Under the pieces are notes generated by a model that was not told the DNA's origin, ran no database searches, and was given only the letters and a program-made list of their open reading frames with translations. A program made the translations under genes and the position numbers. DNA of 64,000 bases from Diadema antillarum (lineage: Eukaryota): NCBI RefSeq assembly GCF_040938485.1, contig NW_027271529.1, positions 682,001-746,000 on the forward strand, in the 5' to 3' direction. Shown piece by piece: positions 26,436 through 39,300 of the stretch (position 1 is its first letter; every line of letters begins with the position of its first letter).

Positions 26436-27876
26436 GCTGTCAACATTCACACATCAAAATCAGACAAGATTCCAAATCAGCAGTCTGGGATATACCTGTG
26501 TGTTACATGCATCTTAATTGGAAAAAATTGAAAATCGGGGAGACTCTCGTATTCTCTTATCCAGACATGAACAGATATTGAAGTTTTCAGGAAGCCTTTT
26601 GCAGAATCACCCCCCAGATTACAAATACCCTTGTGGCTCTAGCCATCACAAAATAACTGTCTGTCAGTAAGGAGTCGAACACATCTTTGCAAGTTTTTGT
26701 TTTGTGTCAGAATGACATTTAATGTTGTGAACAAAATGGCACAGGGACACATACACAAACAAACAAAGGGATATGCTTTTTGGTTTTAAGAGGACAAAAT
26801 ACAGGAAAAATGACATAAAAAGTAGCTTTGCTACGAAGACACAAATTTAAAAAAAAAAAAACTGTCTACCTAACCACAAATGTTGTACAAGGTCATTTTT
26901 GGGAACTTACATATGTAGTTTTAAAAATACTGATAGTTTATAATTTAATTTGTTTTTAAATAATTTTAAAATCACAGTAAGTGATTTGAAGAGCAAAAGA
27001 GCAACTCACACTCAATGAACTCACTCACAGTTGGACCTCAGTGCTCCCATGTACAAAATTCTTCCTACAGTACCTACCTACCCTTGTGTAAATGAATAGC
27101 ACAAGTATTTTTAACGCATTTAATGCTAAACGTATCTACCCCTCATAACAAAACATATCTGTTTATAGCACATAAAATGTAATTCTTTGATCGTTAGTAC
27201 CTATTTGTTGGATGAAATGTGAAGTAACAACAGTGTTTACAATGATTTCTTCTCAGCAAGATATCATGACAGTCAATCTCTAGTGGTTTGTTTCAGGTAT
27301 AAGAAATGGGGCATAATGATATGCACGCTTGGGCTACAAACAAGCCAAACACACTGTAAAAGTCCCGTCCCTTCAGCTATGAATTCACAAGGTGCAAATG
27401 GTAGCAGAGTGAAGACATGTATGGATAATGGCTGGAAAATACTTAATCCCATCTATTTCTCCAGGCATGAAATATCAAATGATTATTCTGAAGTTCGTAC
27501 AGGGATTGGGGGTGGGGACATCCCCACAAAGCTCACATGAATAAATTACCACAGGTTAACTGTACCAACAGCTGGATACAGTTGACTGATAGTAACCATC
27601 GATGGCATTCACTAAATATACTGTATCATTGGTGCAAGATTACATGAAGTAAACTTTCAATGTGCTGGAATTCATTGACTCAACCACAGTTGATGCAAAC
27701 ATTTATAACAACAGTATGTATTTCTTCTTTTTTTCTCACAGAGCCTAAAAATGCCAACCTTGAGGATTACATATGAGATGTGCCAATTATGACGATAAAT
27801 GGTAGTTGAAAGTCAAATTGAAAAGAACATACAGAATTATGCGGTTCATAGCCAGGAGAAAACAGACAATTACCTA

Positions 27877-28085
27877 CTGTAAAAGTAGAAATTTTCGCGG
27901 TGTTGAAATTTTCGCGCATTTCGTGCAACCAGAAACTAGCGCGAAAATAAAAGCACATGAATATTTTTGCCTGCCATATATTCCAGTAGTTGAGGTCTTA
28001 ATTCCGCGGAATTAAAAAGATGCGAAACTCTTCTTACCCCGCTGAGCGCGAAAAATTTGTCGTGCGAAAATATCCACTTTTACAG
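27877..28085. mobile_element. Same MITE family, copy 3
   Basis: 209 bp, TIRs, TA flanks, colinear with 6484-6692. Confidence 0.92.
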
Positions 28086-28741
28086 TAATCATGTAATGGA
28101 TATTGATAATATCTTACGGTTTCAGTATTCCTGTGCTGTTAATCTTACAGGGTTTATTGACATGAGACACCTTGTTCAGATAACCATCTGAGGACAAAAG
28201 TCAGTGGCATGGAGCAGCATATGATGATGATCTGATCAACATCTTTAACAAGGGATAAACCTCTTTGTCTACATTACTGGAAGAATTCAATGCAGGCAAT
28301 ATCATCACAACTGCAAACGGAAAGGACTATTCACGCAAACCTTATTAAAGGCAATTGTTTTGTTTGCAAAATGCGTGCCTCACAAATATCTGTTACACAA
28401 CACACAGAACAGGATTACACAGAATGCGCAAGTTGAGTAACGGCACAATTTTCTCCCCCTGTGTTTCGCACAGAACAGTACAGGACCAAGAGTATAGTAT
28501 GCTTGGGAAATTTCGTGCCAAGAACGGATGAAACATCAGCCTATGATGAAGATTGTATCCCTAATTTGACAAAGCGAAAAGAGGGCGTACCGGTACCCAT
28601 GGGCTAACCCGTTGAAGATGGGCTGATTTTGCTACAACGTGCACGGGACTAGTCTTCAAGGGGTTGATATGAATGAGAATGGGAGCACGCATATTGATGC
28701 CATCAGAAGACCTGGTGGGAAGAAAATTTCTCTTGGTCCCT

Positions 28742-28755
28742 GTTGCCATGGATAC
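28742..28755. promoter_or_regulatory. RFX X-box-like site
   Basis: GTTGCCATGGATAC. Confidence 0.45.
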
Positions 28756-29395
28756 AGCAATAAGCAGCATAATATGTTCATGGTTGACACTAGTAATAAT
28801 GGTGATGATGATGATTACTATGCTCTCAGTGATGATGACAAAACAATAATAACAAGGATGATAACAATAATAATAATGGCAATACTGTTAATACACAAAA
28901 TAGCAATCATAACAATGATGGCAATACTAAGTTTAGATTTTTGACACAAATATGATGACTGCTGATTACATTACTATCAAGCCATCATTTTTCTAATATA
29001 CCGCAATTAATCATTTAGAAAAGGTTCATTGAGAAACGATCTGTGTGTGACAGGGAACATTTGGCAATTCATAGTTATAGAAAAGTAACAGAATACTATG
29101 AGACTCATAATACTGTCAGCAGGAAAAAAAAATAATAATTGGGAAATTAATAACCTGCAGAACTCTGATCGATGACATAGCCTGAATGTAGACTAGCAAG
29201 TCACATAAGGGAAACAGTAGGCCTGTACATGTACACATGGCAAAAGTGAAAACGCTGTCCCTACATAGATGCCCACAACAAAGCATCTAGCTAAAGACCA
29301 TTCTTGTTCCACAAAAAAACTTTACATAATTGCTAAAATAAGACATCAATCACTTCCATGTGAGCAACTACCACCCAGCAGTGCATATTGCAGTT

Positions 29396-29409
29396 GTTAC
29401 CATGGTAAC
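29396..29409. promoter_or_regulatory. Palindromic RFX X-box
   Basis: GTTACCATGGTAAC, a perfect palindrome fitting the X-box consensus. Confidence 0.55.
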
Positions 29410-29790
29410 GATTATTACTGTTAATTTGTAGTTTATGCACATTTCTGAAAATGAAACCCATCTCAGGCAGTGGCTACAAAGAGGCTGGCAGCCAAGACTA
29501 ATTTGCAGTTTATGCAGACTGATGGAAGGGTATTAACAAATCTTGATTACTGAAAAAAAAAACCCACAACAAAACCAGTAACAAGGACGCCACATTCCAA
29601 TTTCATTGATGTCATACACTCTCTATTGAAAAAAAAAAGTTGATTGTCAGCATATAACTTTCCTGTCAGCCCCATCCAACCCACCCACCCTTCCCCCCAA
29701 ATACACAAACACACACTCTTGTAAGAAGCTTCAACCAGGGATAGGCCTACATTATAGCTTGCTCAAGGTAACTGTGCATTATATATCATT

Positions 29791-29983
29791 CAGACTTCCT
29801 AAGCTTTCTGACTGAAAAAAGAAGAAGGATGATTTGGCTCAAAAGTAAGAAAGAGAGAGCAGTTCCCACCGGAGTGTGTAGTAAAATCATCAAGAAAAAT
29901 AGGAAATTCCTACTGACACAAGAGCTGGCAAGGGTCAAAATTCAGATTCCCTCCTCAGAAATTTAGAATAGGTGGGAGGTCCG
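29791..29983. mobile_element. Diverged copy of the 63691-63878 MITE
   Basis: Shares aggatgatttggctcaaaagta...acaagagctgg...gggaggtc. Confidence 0.75.
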
Positions 29984-32900
29984 CATGACTTGTTTCTGAA
30001 AAATATATTTTTCTTTATTTTGGTAAATTGACCATTAAAGTGAATTGGAAAACCAGCGAATTCATACTCAAATTATGTTTCATGTAGAGCAGGGGTGCAT
30101 ACTCAATAATCAAAGATGTACCAAACAAAAAATCTGAGTTTCCCCATTTGCCTAGTGTGAAGTAGGCCTACTATTCACGCACATATACAGGCACTGTTGT
30201 GCAGCATGGGAAGGTGTAGTACAGGTGTATATACCTCTATTAAAGGTAGGACCCACTCCTAGGGTGCTTTCTCATTAACTACTCTGTTTTGACTACCCTC
30301 GTGTAAAATGTATCCCAGGTTGCCCAGTGTGAAACTAACCAATGTCCCCAATTGAAGCCATTTACAAGAACACACACAGACACAGACACACACTATAACA
30401 CATTGAAAGGGAAGAAAATTAGTAGCACAAGTAAAAAATGTCAAAAAACACAAACCACAATTTGTTTTTGCATTTGGTGAGTGAAATAAGCATTTGATAT
30501 ATGTGTAATGAATAGGCCTTAGGATTTTAACTTTTGCTAGAAACAATACCAAAAGACCAAGCATCTTCAATAGCTATTTCTTTATATCTAGTTTCATGCA
30601 CAAAAAAAAAAAAAAACACATTAATTGTAGATTTTTGCTACACTACTAAAATTTGGCTATTTACAAACACCATAGAATACTCACCAAGTAGTCTTATCTT
30701 TTGAAGAATTTCAGACCTACTGGTTTGCTTTCTGGTCTATTTTTTTTTTTTGGTATACTTATTACAGCTACAAAGATGGAAACACACTCTGAAGCTTTCA
30801 AGGTAGCAGTCCTCCTTTGCAAATTTTCACCAAGTGATTAAAAAAGTTGCGAAGCTTATAAAGATCAAACAGACAAGTTGGATTTAAGTCTAAGACAATG
30901 TGAGATCCAAGGCTAGCATGCGAGATCGACTGGTCAAATCAAACTCTGTCATCTCGAAGACCCAGTTAGCATGGGGGGTACCATGGTGTCGGAAGGCTGA
31001 CCCAGCTCGGATATTTTCAAGAGTCCCCCGCTGTAACAAAGTGTGTACAACTTTATCACTGATCTTTATAACACACACAGCCGAAGAATCTCGACTGAGG
31101 TCGACTGGTGCCGGTAAGCGTAAGCTTCAATGCACATATTCGCCGACCGGTGCTATTTGTGGTTTTGGAATGTACCCCGGTGGGCAGTGAATGAATTGAA
31201 CAACCCATGAATCTTCATGTTACTGGGTCTTTTGAGCGCAAGCGGAAGATACTCTCCCCATGCTCGGAAAATGAAAGGATGATGACTGGATCACAACTGC
31301 CTGTAACGAGCAACTCACTGCCCAATTCTTAACGCAATATTTACGAGCAGGATGGACAAGAAATACTTTCGACACAAATTTACAATCTCTGGATGAAACT
31401 GTGTCGGTAGCTGAGAGAGGGCTGGCAAAGGAGCACCACTACCTGTAAATCTCCAGTTGTGGTCGCTCTCAGCTTTGAGACACTACATCTACAGATAGAG
31501 TCAAAAACACTGCCACTATAACGAGAGACAGAGAGCACACTTTTGATTTTGCGACAGAATTCGTGTGATACCGGCAGAATTATGAATACACCATCTCCGG
31601 TACACAAACTTAGCACTTTAGTGTATGCTACGACATGCATTGAAAATATATAGTAAACTATGTCATGTTGCTTGGAATATCAAGCAGACCACCACTGACA
31701 TACTGTCTTCGAACAAGTTCACACAACATCATATCATTCGAGTCCAGCTAAATTGTGAAACGTTGGGGAACCTTGCCAGTATCCCAAATGGATTTTGTGG
31801 AAGAGATTTGTTTCTTTTCTTTAATAGGGCATTAGAGTCCTACCAACGAAGAAAAATTATTCCACACGAACATTTCTCATGCAGATATCTCTCTCTCAAG
31901 AATTTCAGATGTCACAGTCAAGAGTACACACATACAAAATTACTCCTACACTACAAATTAGTCCAGTTATACTGGGGCAACAACATCTAGAGAATATATA
32001 ATATCGCACAAACTTCACAAGCAAAAAGTGTAAAAAGATGGCTAGCCACGCACTTTAGACCCTTTTGGGGGTGTGTTAAGGTTCACATTGAATTCTACTC
32101 TGACAAACAAGCTGAATATCTACAGCAAAGTCTCCTTAAGATGCAAGCTCCTTTGGATAAACAGACAAAATGTAATTTGTAAAGCTTTTGTTAAATGCAT
32201 AAATACTCATAGTTTTTAAATGAAGATTTCAATTGCAATACTATTGATATTTAACCCAAACCAAGGTGTTAATAGCTTCTTCTTTTTTTAGCACATTTTC
32301 TTTGCTTTTTCATTACTTTTCATTTTTACATTTCATTCCTTTTGTTAAAGCAACACCTTAATTTGGGTTCATGCAAATTTTGTTCATATTTTCCATTCAT
32401 GAATAGCTGAACATATCAGATTCAAAAAACAGAAAATACAGCATATATGGCGAATGTATACATTTCTTCAAAGGATATATCATAATAGCTTTATCATGCA
32501 TAACTTGAGTGATATGACACACACATACTACAATGTACAGTACATTAGGTAATGTATTTGTATTGGTGACTACACAACGACATTCCGTTACCAGCTGTCT
32601 GGGGCTCTTCGGTTTTCAAACCAGCCACCAGATGCAATTTCTCAACATATACAGTAACTATGGATGACAATGCTGAACGATTATTTTCATGATTTCTACT
32701 TTCATAGCACCTCCGAGAAAACAAGTGAGAGAAAAAAAAAAACCACAAAAATAATGAAAACTACCCCCATCCCCTACCCATTGAGGCATAAAAATCATGA
32801 TACGAAATATTAATATTGGCATCCCACCGCAAAGGTCAGGCATGTTTCATGTCTGGTGCTGAACAGATACCACTTAGCCTTTCCAACGCCATATTTTCTC

Positions 32901-33559
32901 TGCTCTCGTTCAACATTAACAGCACAGCCATACTAGAGGCTTATTTGCTGGTTGCTAGCACCGATGCCACTTGACAAACTTTAATTTTTGTTGAGTGTAT
33001 GCACCTCTTTTGAGAAAAGAAGCAGCATTTGATGTTGATCATGTGTCTCAGAGAAGCTACCGTGCCAAGCGGTGCGCTGCAATTAGTTTGATATGATTTC
33101 TGAAGTCCATCTGATGAAAAAGGCAAACATACAACCATTCTTAATATAACTGACAAGTAAATGGCATTTACGAGGACATAGATTGATTGTTCCACTTTTC
33201 AGCTGCATTGCTTACTCACTAACTAATCTTGTATTTTTCTTCCTTGTTCATCATTTTTTTTTTGTTTTTTTTTGGGGGGGGAGGGGGCAACTGTGATGCA
33301 TTCAGTACTACATATACTGGATTGATTAACTAAAATGAAAAAAAAAAATGCCTGTTGTTGACCTGAAAGCAGCTGCAAAGGGAAGCCCCCTGAAAGAGAC
33401 ATAAAAACTGAATTGTTACATGGCAACCATGGTCTTGAAAAGGTGGCACAAAGCTTATCAGAATAATCATCATTATAATGACAATCGAGACGATAAATAT
33501 CACATTTACAAGGGGTAGCCTCTTGCAGTGTTGGCACTATTCTACCAGTGGACTCCTCC

Positions 33560-33725
33560 AGCATCATTTATTACCCCTCTGAAGGGTGCCATTCTTACTT
33601 GTAACTGACAGGGGCACAGCAGATAAACATGCAGTCCATAGATGCACGCGCCTGGTGGGGCTTGAACCCCGGGCTCTCCTGTTGACGGTCCCAGAACCTT
33701 GGGTCGTTGAACCACAGCACTCTCA
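33560..33725 (-). mobile_element. Degenerate tRNA-derived SINE
   Basis: Minus-strand B-box GGTTCAAGCCCC about 45 nt after an A-box-like TGTGGTTCAACGACC; no intact cloverleaf. Confidence 0.55.
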
Positions 33726-36301
33726 AGTGAGTGAGGAACGATTTGCTGAATGAGATGCAAAGGAATATATTAATAGAGAGGAGACGGTAGTGCCCTGAGA
33801 GCTGTGTGTGCTCCAAGCAAGCCTGGTTTGCTCCTTTCCAATGTGACTGGACACTGCTCCAGTGCCGCAAAGCTTTGTAATGCTGCATGGTCAGTGGCAG
33901 CTGAAGTTAGTGGAGAGCGCAGTTAAATACCTAGCTCTTTGCCAATAATACCACATGCAGGCATCCTTTCTAATTCCTCACGCACTGTGACAAGCACGGA
34001 GATATCACTAAGCGGTTGTGATGTGTACTGCTCTGCCACTGGTACACTCTCTTGACCTTTATAGTACAGGGAAACCTAATTATAGAGAGCTACTTGGGAC
34101 CCCTGAAATTTAACGGCTAGAGTAATTTTCTATGTTTGCGACAGGGTGCCTATTTGCATCAGGGTCAGTTTCATTCATCAATGAAACAGCGAAAGAGCAT
34201 CGAGTGTGCTTGTCATACTAAAAAACAAAAGCGGGAGTTACTCACAAATATTACAGGAATTGAGAGTAATCTCTCACCAGATTGAGTACGGTAGTTCCAT
34301 CAACAAATGAAACTGTCCCCGTACATATAATATGGATAATTACTCTATATTAGGTATCTCGTTTTATCAGGGATAAAAAAGGAAGAATATAAACAGAATG
34401 GAACCTGCAAAATCACTTCATTATATCAGGTATCTCATTATCAGGACATTCAACAGTACATCTAATCAGCATGGGGAGCATTTCATTTGTTTCTGTCACA
34501 GGTTTGGCACAACACGTATGCCATGCCGGTTACGAGACTAGCACCATTACGGTTCCTTACAAATTCATTACAGAAGTGTACTGTCATTCATTTTGAGTTG
34601 TTAATATTTCTGGCACACACAAGTCAATGGCTTCAGATGAAACATTCTTCAAGCCACAGGCATTTTTTTTTTCTTCTACTGTTTGTTTGTAAGATATTTA
34701 TTCACTTCATGACGCATTTTCTACGAAGTGCCTCGCAAACAAGCTCATGCACGCTAAGATAACAAGGATTGTCTACTGCAACAGCACTTAAATAGACTAC
34801 TTTACTAGAAGCCCGTAAGTATGGATGGCACATAACTGATATTGGATGACGAGTATCATAATCTAAAACTGGCACACTATCTGGAAACGACGCCATTTAT
34901 CAAGGCTGTTGGCATTTGGATGTGGTGAGATGCAGCAAACCGTACTCTTGGAATCTAGAAGTCACTCCGGCTGGCAATTAACTTTAGAGGGCCAATCGGA
35001 GACTCCCACAGCACACGCCTCACGGCAGTGTTGATGATTGCCGATCACTTAGCAGTCTGAAATCATCACTGAGTTGAAAGAACCACCTGGCACGTGACCT
35101 TTTTTGTGTAATTTGACGTACACATTCCACTTGTGTTTTCTGCAACTTAGCAGCAGTCAGGCGAAGTGGAGGCCGATGACCCAAATCAGACTTGTAAATT
35201 GAATTTAAAAAGTAGATGACATGATCTGGTCTGATACTGCAGCATTAAGTTGCAACAAACGTTGGTACTTTTGTTAATTCCATTTTTTTTTTCTAAGGGA
35301 GAGAAAAAGCTGCTTGGAGGAGCTCAGGATTGGAGAAACCACGGAAGAGTTGAAAGTGAAGTGTACAATTAATATTCATTCAAAGTCATCCAAGCTAAGC
35401 TTGTTGACTTCTAATTTTTTGGATAAACAAAATAGCTAGACATGCACTGTTTTGTTTGAAGGCCCCAGCATTATGCATCTTCACATTTTCTTGTTTATAT
35501 GTACACATGCAATAACATACTACTCACAGCTCAAGGCAAACTACTGCTGAATTGATTGTTTTACTCAATCCATGTGTACATCATTGTGAAAAGTCTCCAC
35601 CTGATCATGCAACAGGTTTACTTTCGCCAACACTTCTCAGAATGTATACATACTTTGTTCTAATCATTTGTGTATGCATACTTCCAATCTGATATCTAAT
35701 CACAACACTTGCTGTAATGCTTGTAACCACACATGAAAATTGCATTAAAAATCTTTATACTGAGCCCTTATGATACTGATCATGCAACAAGAATAAATCT
35801 TTTAAAAAAAAGAAAAAAAATCAGAATATCTTACTGAATACACATAATGATATTAGATATCTTTAAAAAAAAAAGAACTAAGTGGTGGGCACAAGTGCAT
35901 TTCATGCTATACAATGCTTACTTTTATCTTATTTATTTCAAGATTGCATAATTTTATATCTGGATACCAACTGAGTATCTTAATTCTGATATTCAAATGT
36001 CAAAATATGCACAAATTTGACATCTGAATATCAAATCACATAATTTGCCGATATCAACATGTCAACATATCCACATCATCACTGCATGTAGTGAACATGG
36101 TATCTGAACCATAGAACATGTTGAACCATGTCAAGTTATGAAGTGGAACCACTGCAATATTCAGGCATAACAAATATTCATCAATAAATGATTCCAAGGA
36201 CTCTATGGATACTGCATTCTATGCATTATTTCACATTGGAACATGTAAGAAAATGGGATTCATGGAAAGGGCTCGGTTGGAAGGCAAAATGTGATTATTG
36301 C

Positions 36302-39300
36302 CTACTGTGGAAACACAGGAAACCGCATTCCCATTCCATCTCCAACATTTCCCCACGCGCCCCACGGGTACGGAGGGTGGGGCGGGTTGCTCTGGTGTGG
36401 GGGCTGATCCAGCTCCTTCCCTTTCTTCTGTCTGATGAGGTGCTGGTTCAAGTCTGGACGGGCGATCAGCGGAATGCCCGCCTGGTGATGATGCCCCATG
36501 TGGTGGCCGTGGGCGTTGCTGGTTCTTGAATCGATAGGTGGGGAAAGTCCCTGTCTGTCGGTCAGGTGGCTTGACAACGATCTCTCCAGCAGGGGCATCC
36601 CCATGGACCTTTCGAAGTGGGCGTGGCTGTGGCCACCCCCGCTGCCGCAACTGGTGTTTCCACTGGAACCATGCCGGTCCATGCTAATCACAGACCTCTC
36701 TATATGCGGGTTTCCTAGGTGCTCCATGCTGGGTGAGTGCCCGTCGCCATGGCTCCCACGAGGATGGCTGTCAAGGTTGTGGATCGTTGCATTGGATCTC
36801 TCGATGGAATCCTGTCTGTCCCGGTGGCTCCTGTCTGGAAGTCTCGTCGGCATCATGGCTTGCCTGCTGTTGTCAACAGGTGGAGGGCTCTCGGGGGATT
36901 CCATACTCAGATCCATACCTTGGCGGTCTGGGTTGATGACGAGACCCATTGGCAAGTGGCTGACAGGAGGGGCGACCATTCTGCACTCTGAATACTGTGA
37001 CACCGGTGGGTTGTTGATCACAGACTGGTTTCTCGTCTGGGATACCTTCTTGGCCGATGCAGACTTTGAGCTTTTGCTTTTCGGTGCTGCCTCTCCACTC
37101 CGCTTAGGTCGTCCCAGGTGAGGGTTGGCGCAGCGGCCGACGTCGATGCCGTGGTCCCGCTTCTTGTGGGTCTTGAGGCTGACGTTGTGCGTGAAGGCTC
37201 TTTCGCACATGTCGCACTTGTAGGGCTTCTCTCCAGTGTGTTGCCTCATGTGTGCGTTGAGCTGTGAGCGCTGCACAAAGCCCCTCCCGCACTCCTGGCA
37301 CAGGATGGGCTTCACGTCGCGGTGGATAATGTCGTGCCTCTTCAGCTGCCTCTGAAAAAGAAATCGCCGGCCACAAATCTTGCACACAAATGGCAGATTA
37401 CCCTGGTGCCGCAGCTGGTGATTCTTCAGATACTTTGCCTTGCGGAATACATCCCCACATAGTTCACACATGAACGTTTTCTCCTCTTCATTTCCTTTGG
37501 GTGGTTTATCTAGGTGCTTCTTCTGGTGGTTACGCAGAAGGTTTGGACGGCGATACACCTTCTTGCACTTATCACACGGGTAATCCTGCCTTGGCTTGCT
37601 GTGATGGAATTGATGTTTGGGCAAGCTGTATATACTGACGAACTCACTACAGTCCGGACATGCTACCATTATGACTATCCAACCCTGGAGTTCGTAGAGG
37701 ACATCAACATCTTCCTCGGGGGACAAACTTTCAGAAGCATTGTGACGATCCTTGAAGAGATCATCAGTTTGTCCGTCACCAAGGACTACCACTACCCTAC
37801 GTCCTTCAGGCTCTCTTCTCTCTCCTCCTTCTTCATCATCACCTCCTTTCTTCTCGTTGCCATCGCCTTTTCCATCCCTCTTCAGAGATGCTGCTCCACT
37901 GCGCTCGTCTCCTACTAACAACGACATGTAACCTCCTTTTAGAATGCCTCCTCCCATTGCGAAGCCATCCCCATTCCCTCTCTCTCCAGGATTGTCCTCT
38001 CCATCATTTCTCTCATTCCTGGCCTCATCCAGCTTGGACAGAGAGCTGACAGCGTTGCTGTTCCCGTCTCCCTGGGGCCCCGCCTCCTCCTCCTCCTTTT
38101 CCTCTGTCTTGCAGGCCACATCTTGTGACGTCCCCCTCGCCTGGCCAACCTCGGAGTCCGGGAGCTGCCAGACGACGGTCAGGCCGCACCTCTCCAGGTG
38201 AGGTCCGAGCGTGGCGCGGAACTCCCGGATCTGGTCCGGATGCTCGTTCTGGATGTGGTCGATGACCTCGGTGATGACTGCCATCTGCTCCAGACAGATC
38301 TTACACTGAAACTTCTTCCTGTATGCCATCATCTTCTTGATGCGACACCTGTACCACGTTTCTCCCCTACAGACAAATACACAGATACAAAGATAGATAT
38401 TTCATTCAAGGGTATAAAGTACGTACTCCCATCCCCCTGCAAGTTGAATCACATTTTCCTCTATCAATGGAAAGTATTGTAAACAGCATTTCCCAGGCAT
38501 ACAGGCATTCATTCTTTATACATTAATATTCATTGTCTGTGGTTCAGTGGAAGTTTAATATTCATTTGCAGAACTACATCTGTAACAAGAGAGAAGGGAC
38601 CTGGGGGTCCTCATACTCACCTGAGTGTCACAAGTTTGCCTTCCATGCATACTTCCAGACTACAAAGTGAGAACATAGCAAATTTGGGGCATCCAGGGGG
38701 ACATGGTGTCCATCTGTACACTACTGTAAAAGTGGATATTTTCGCGCGAGCAATTTTTCGCGCTTGGCCAGGTAAGAAGAGTTTCGCGTGTTTTTAATTC
38801 CGCGGACTCAAGATATCAAGCACAGGAACATATGGCAAGCAAAATTATTCGCGTGCTTTTATTTCTGCGCTAGTTTCTGGTTGCGCGAAATGCGCGAAAA
38901 TTTCAACACCGCGAAAATTTCCACTTTTACAGTACATCACTCTGGTAAAGATACCTGCAAAGTATTTTGAAAATTCAACTCTGCACTTGAAAAAAAAGAG
39001 AAACGTAAATGTACGAAATAGCCCCAAATTGGGATCCTGCCCAATCCCTGAATGTATAATAAATGACCTTGAAAACACATATATACTAATGTACAATTGT
39101 ATAGAACAACAGGCACATTACACATCATAGTTGCCAAGTGTTTGGTACAAAGGAAGAAGAAGAAGAAGAAATAAGCATGGGTCGTACTTTAACCTAGTCT
39201 TGTCCAGGTATTTCCTCTTCTTTGGTGGCAGCTTCTCCCCCCGCCGAACCTTGCGCTTCCCCCTGGCCGCGCCGACTCCTTGTCTGGAGCGACGGTCCTT

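Noticed and set aside
28561-28944. ORFs overlapping the X-box and the (ATA/GAT)n tract
   Set aside because: Composition is driven by trinucleotide repeats; no homology recognised.
30890-31990. Cluster of 60-120 aa ORFs with moderate GC as an additional gene
   Set aside because: No recognisable domain and no consistent splice chain. It could be untranslated or decayed sequence.
33640-33720. tRNA gene
   Set aside because: Only degenerate A and B boxes; stems do not close. Treated as a SINE head.
36188-38482. Plus-strand and alternate-frame ORFs over the zinc-finger exon
   Set aside because: Shadow frames of GC-rich coding sequence.
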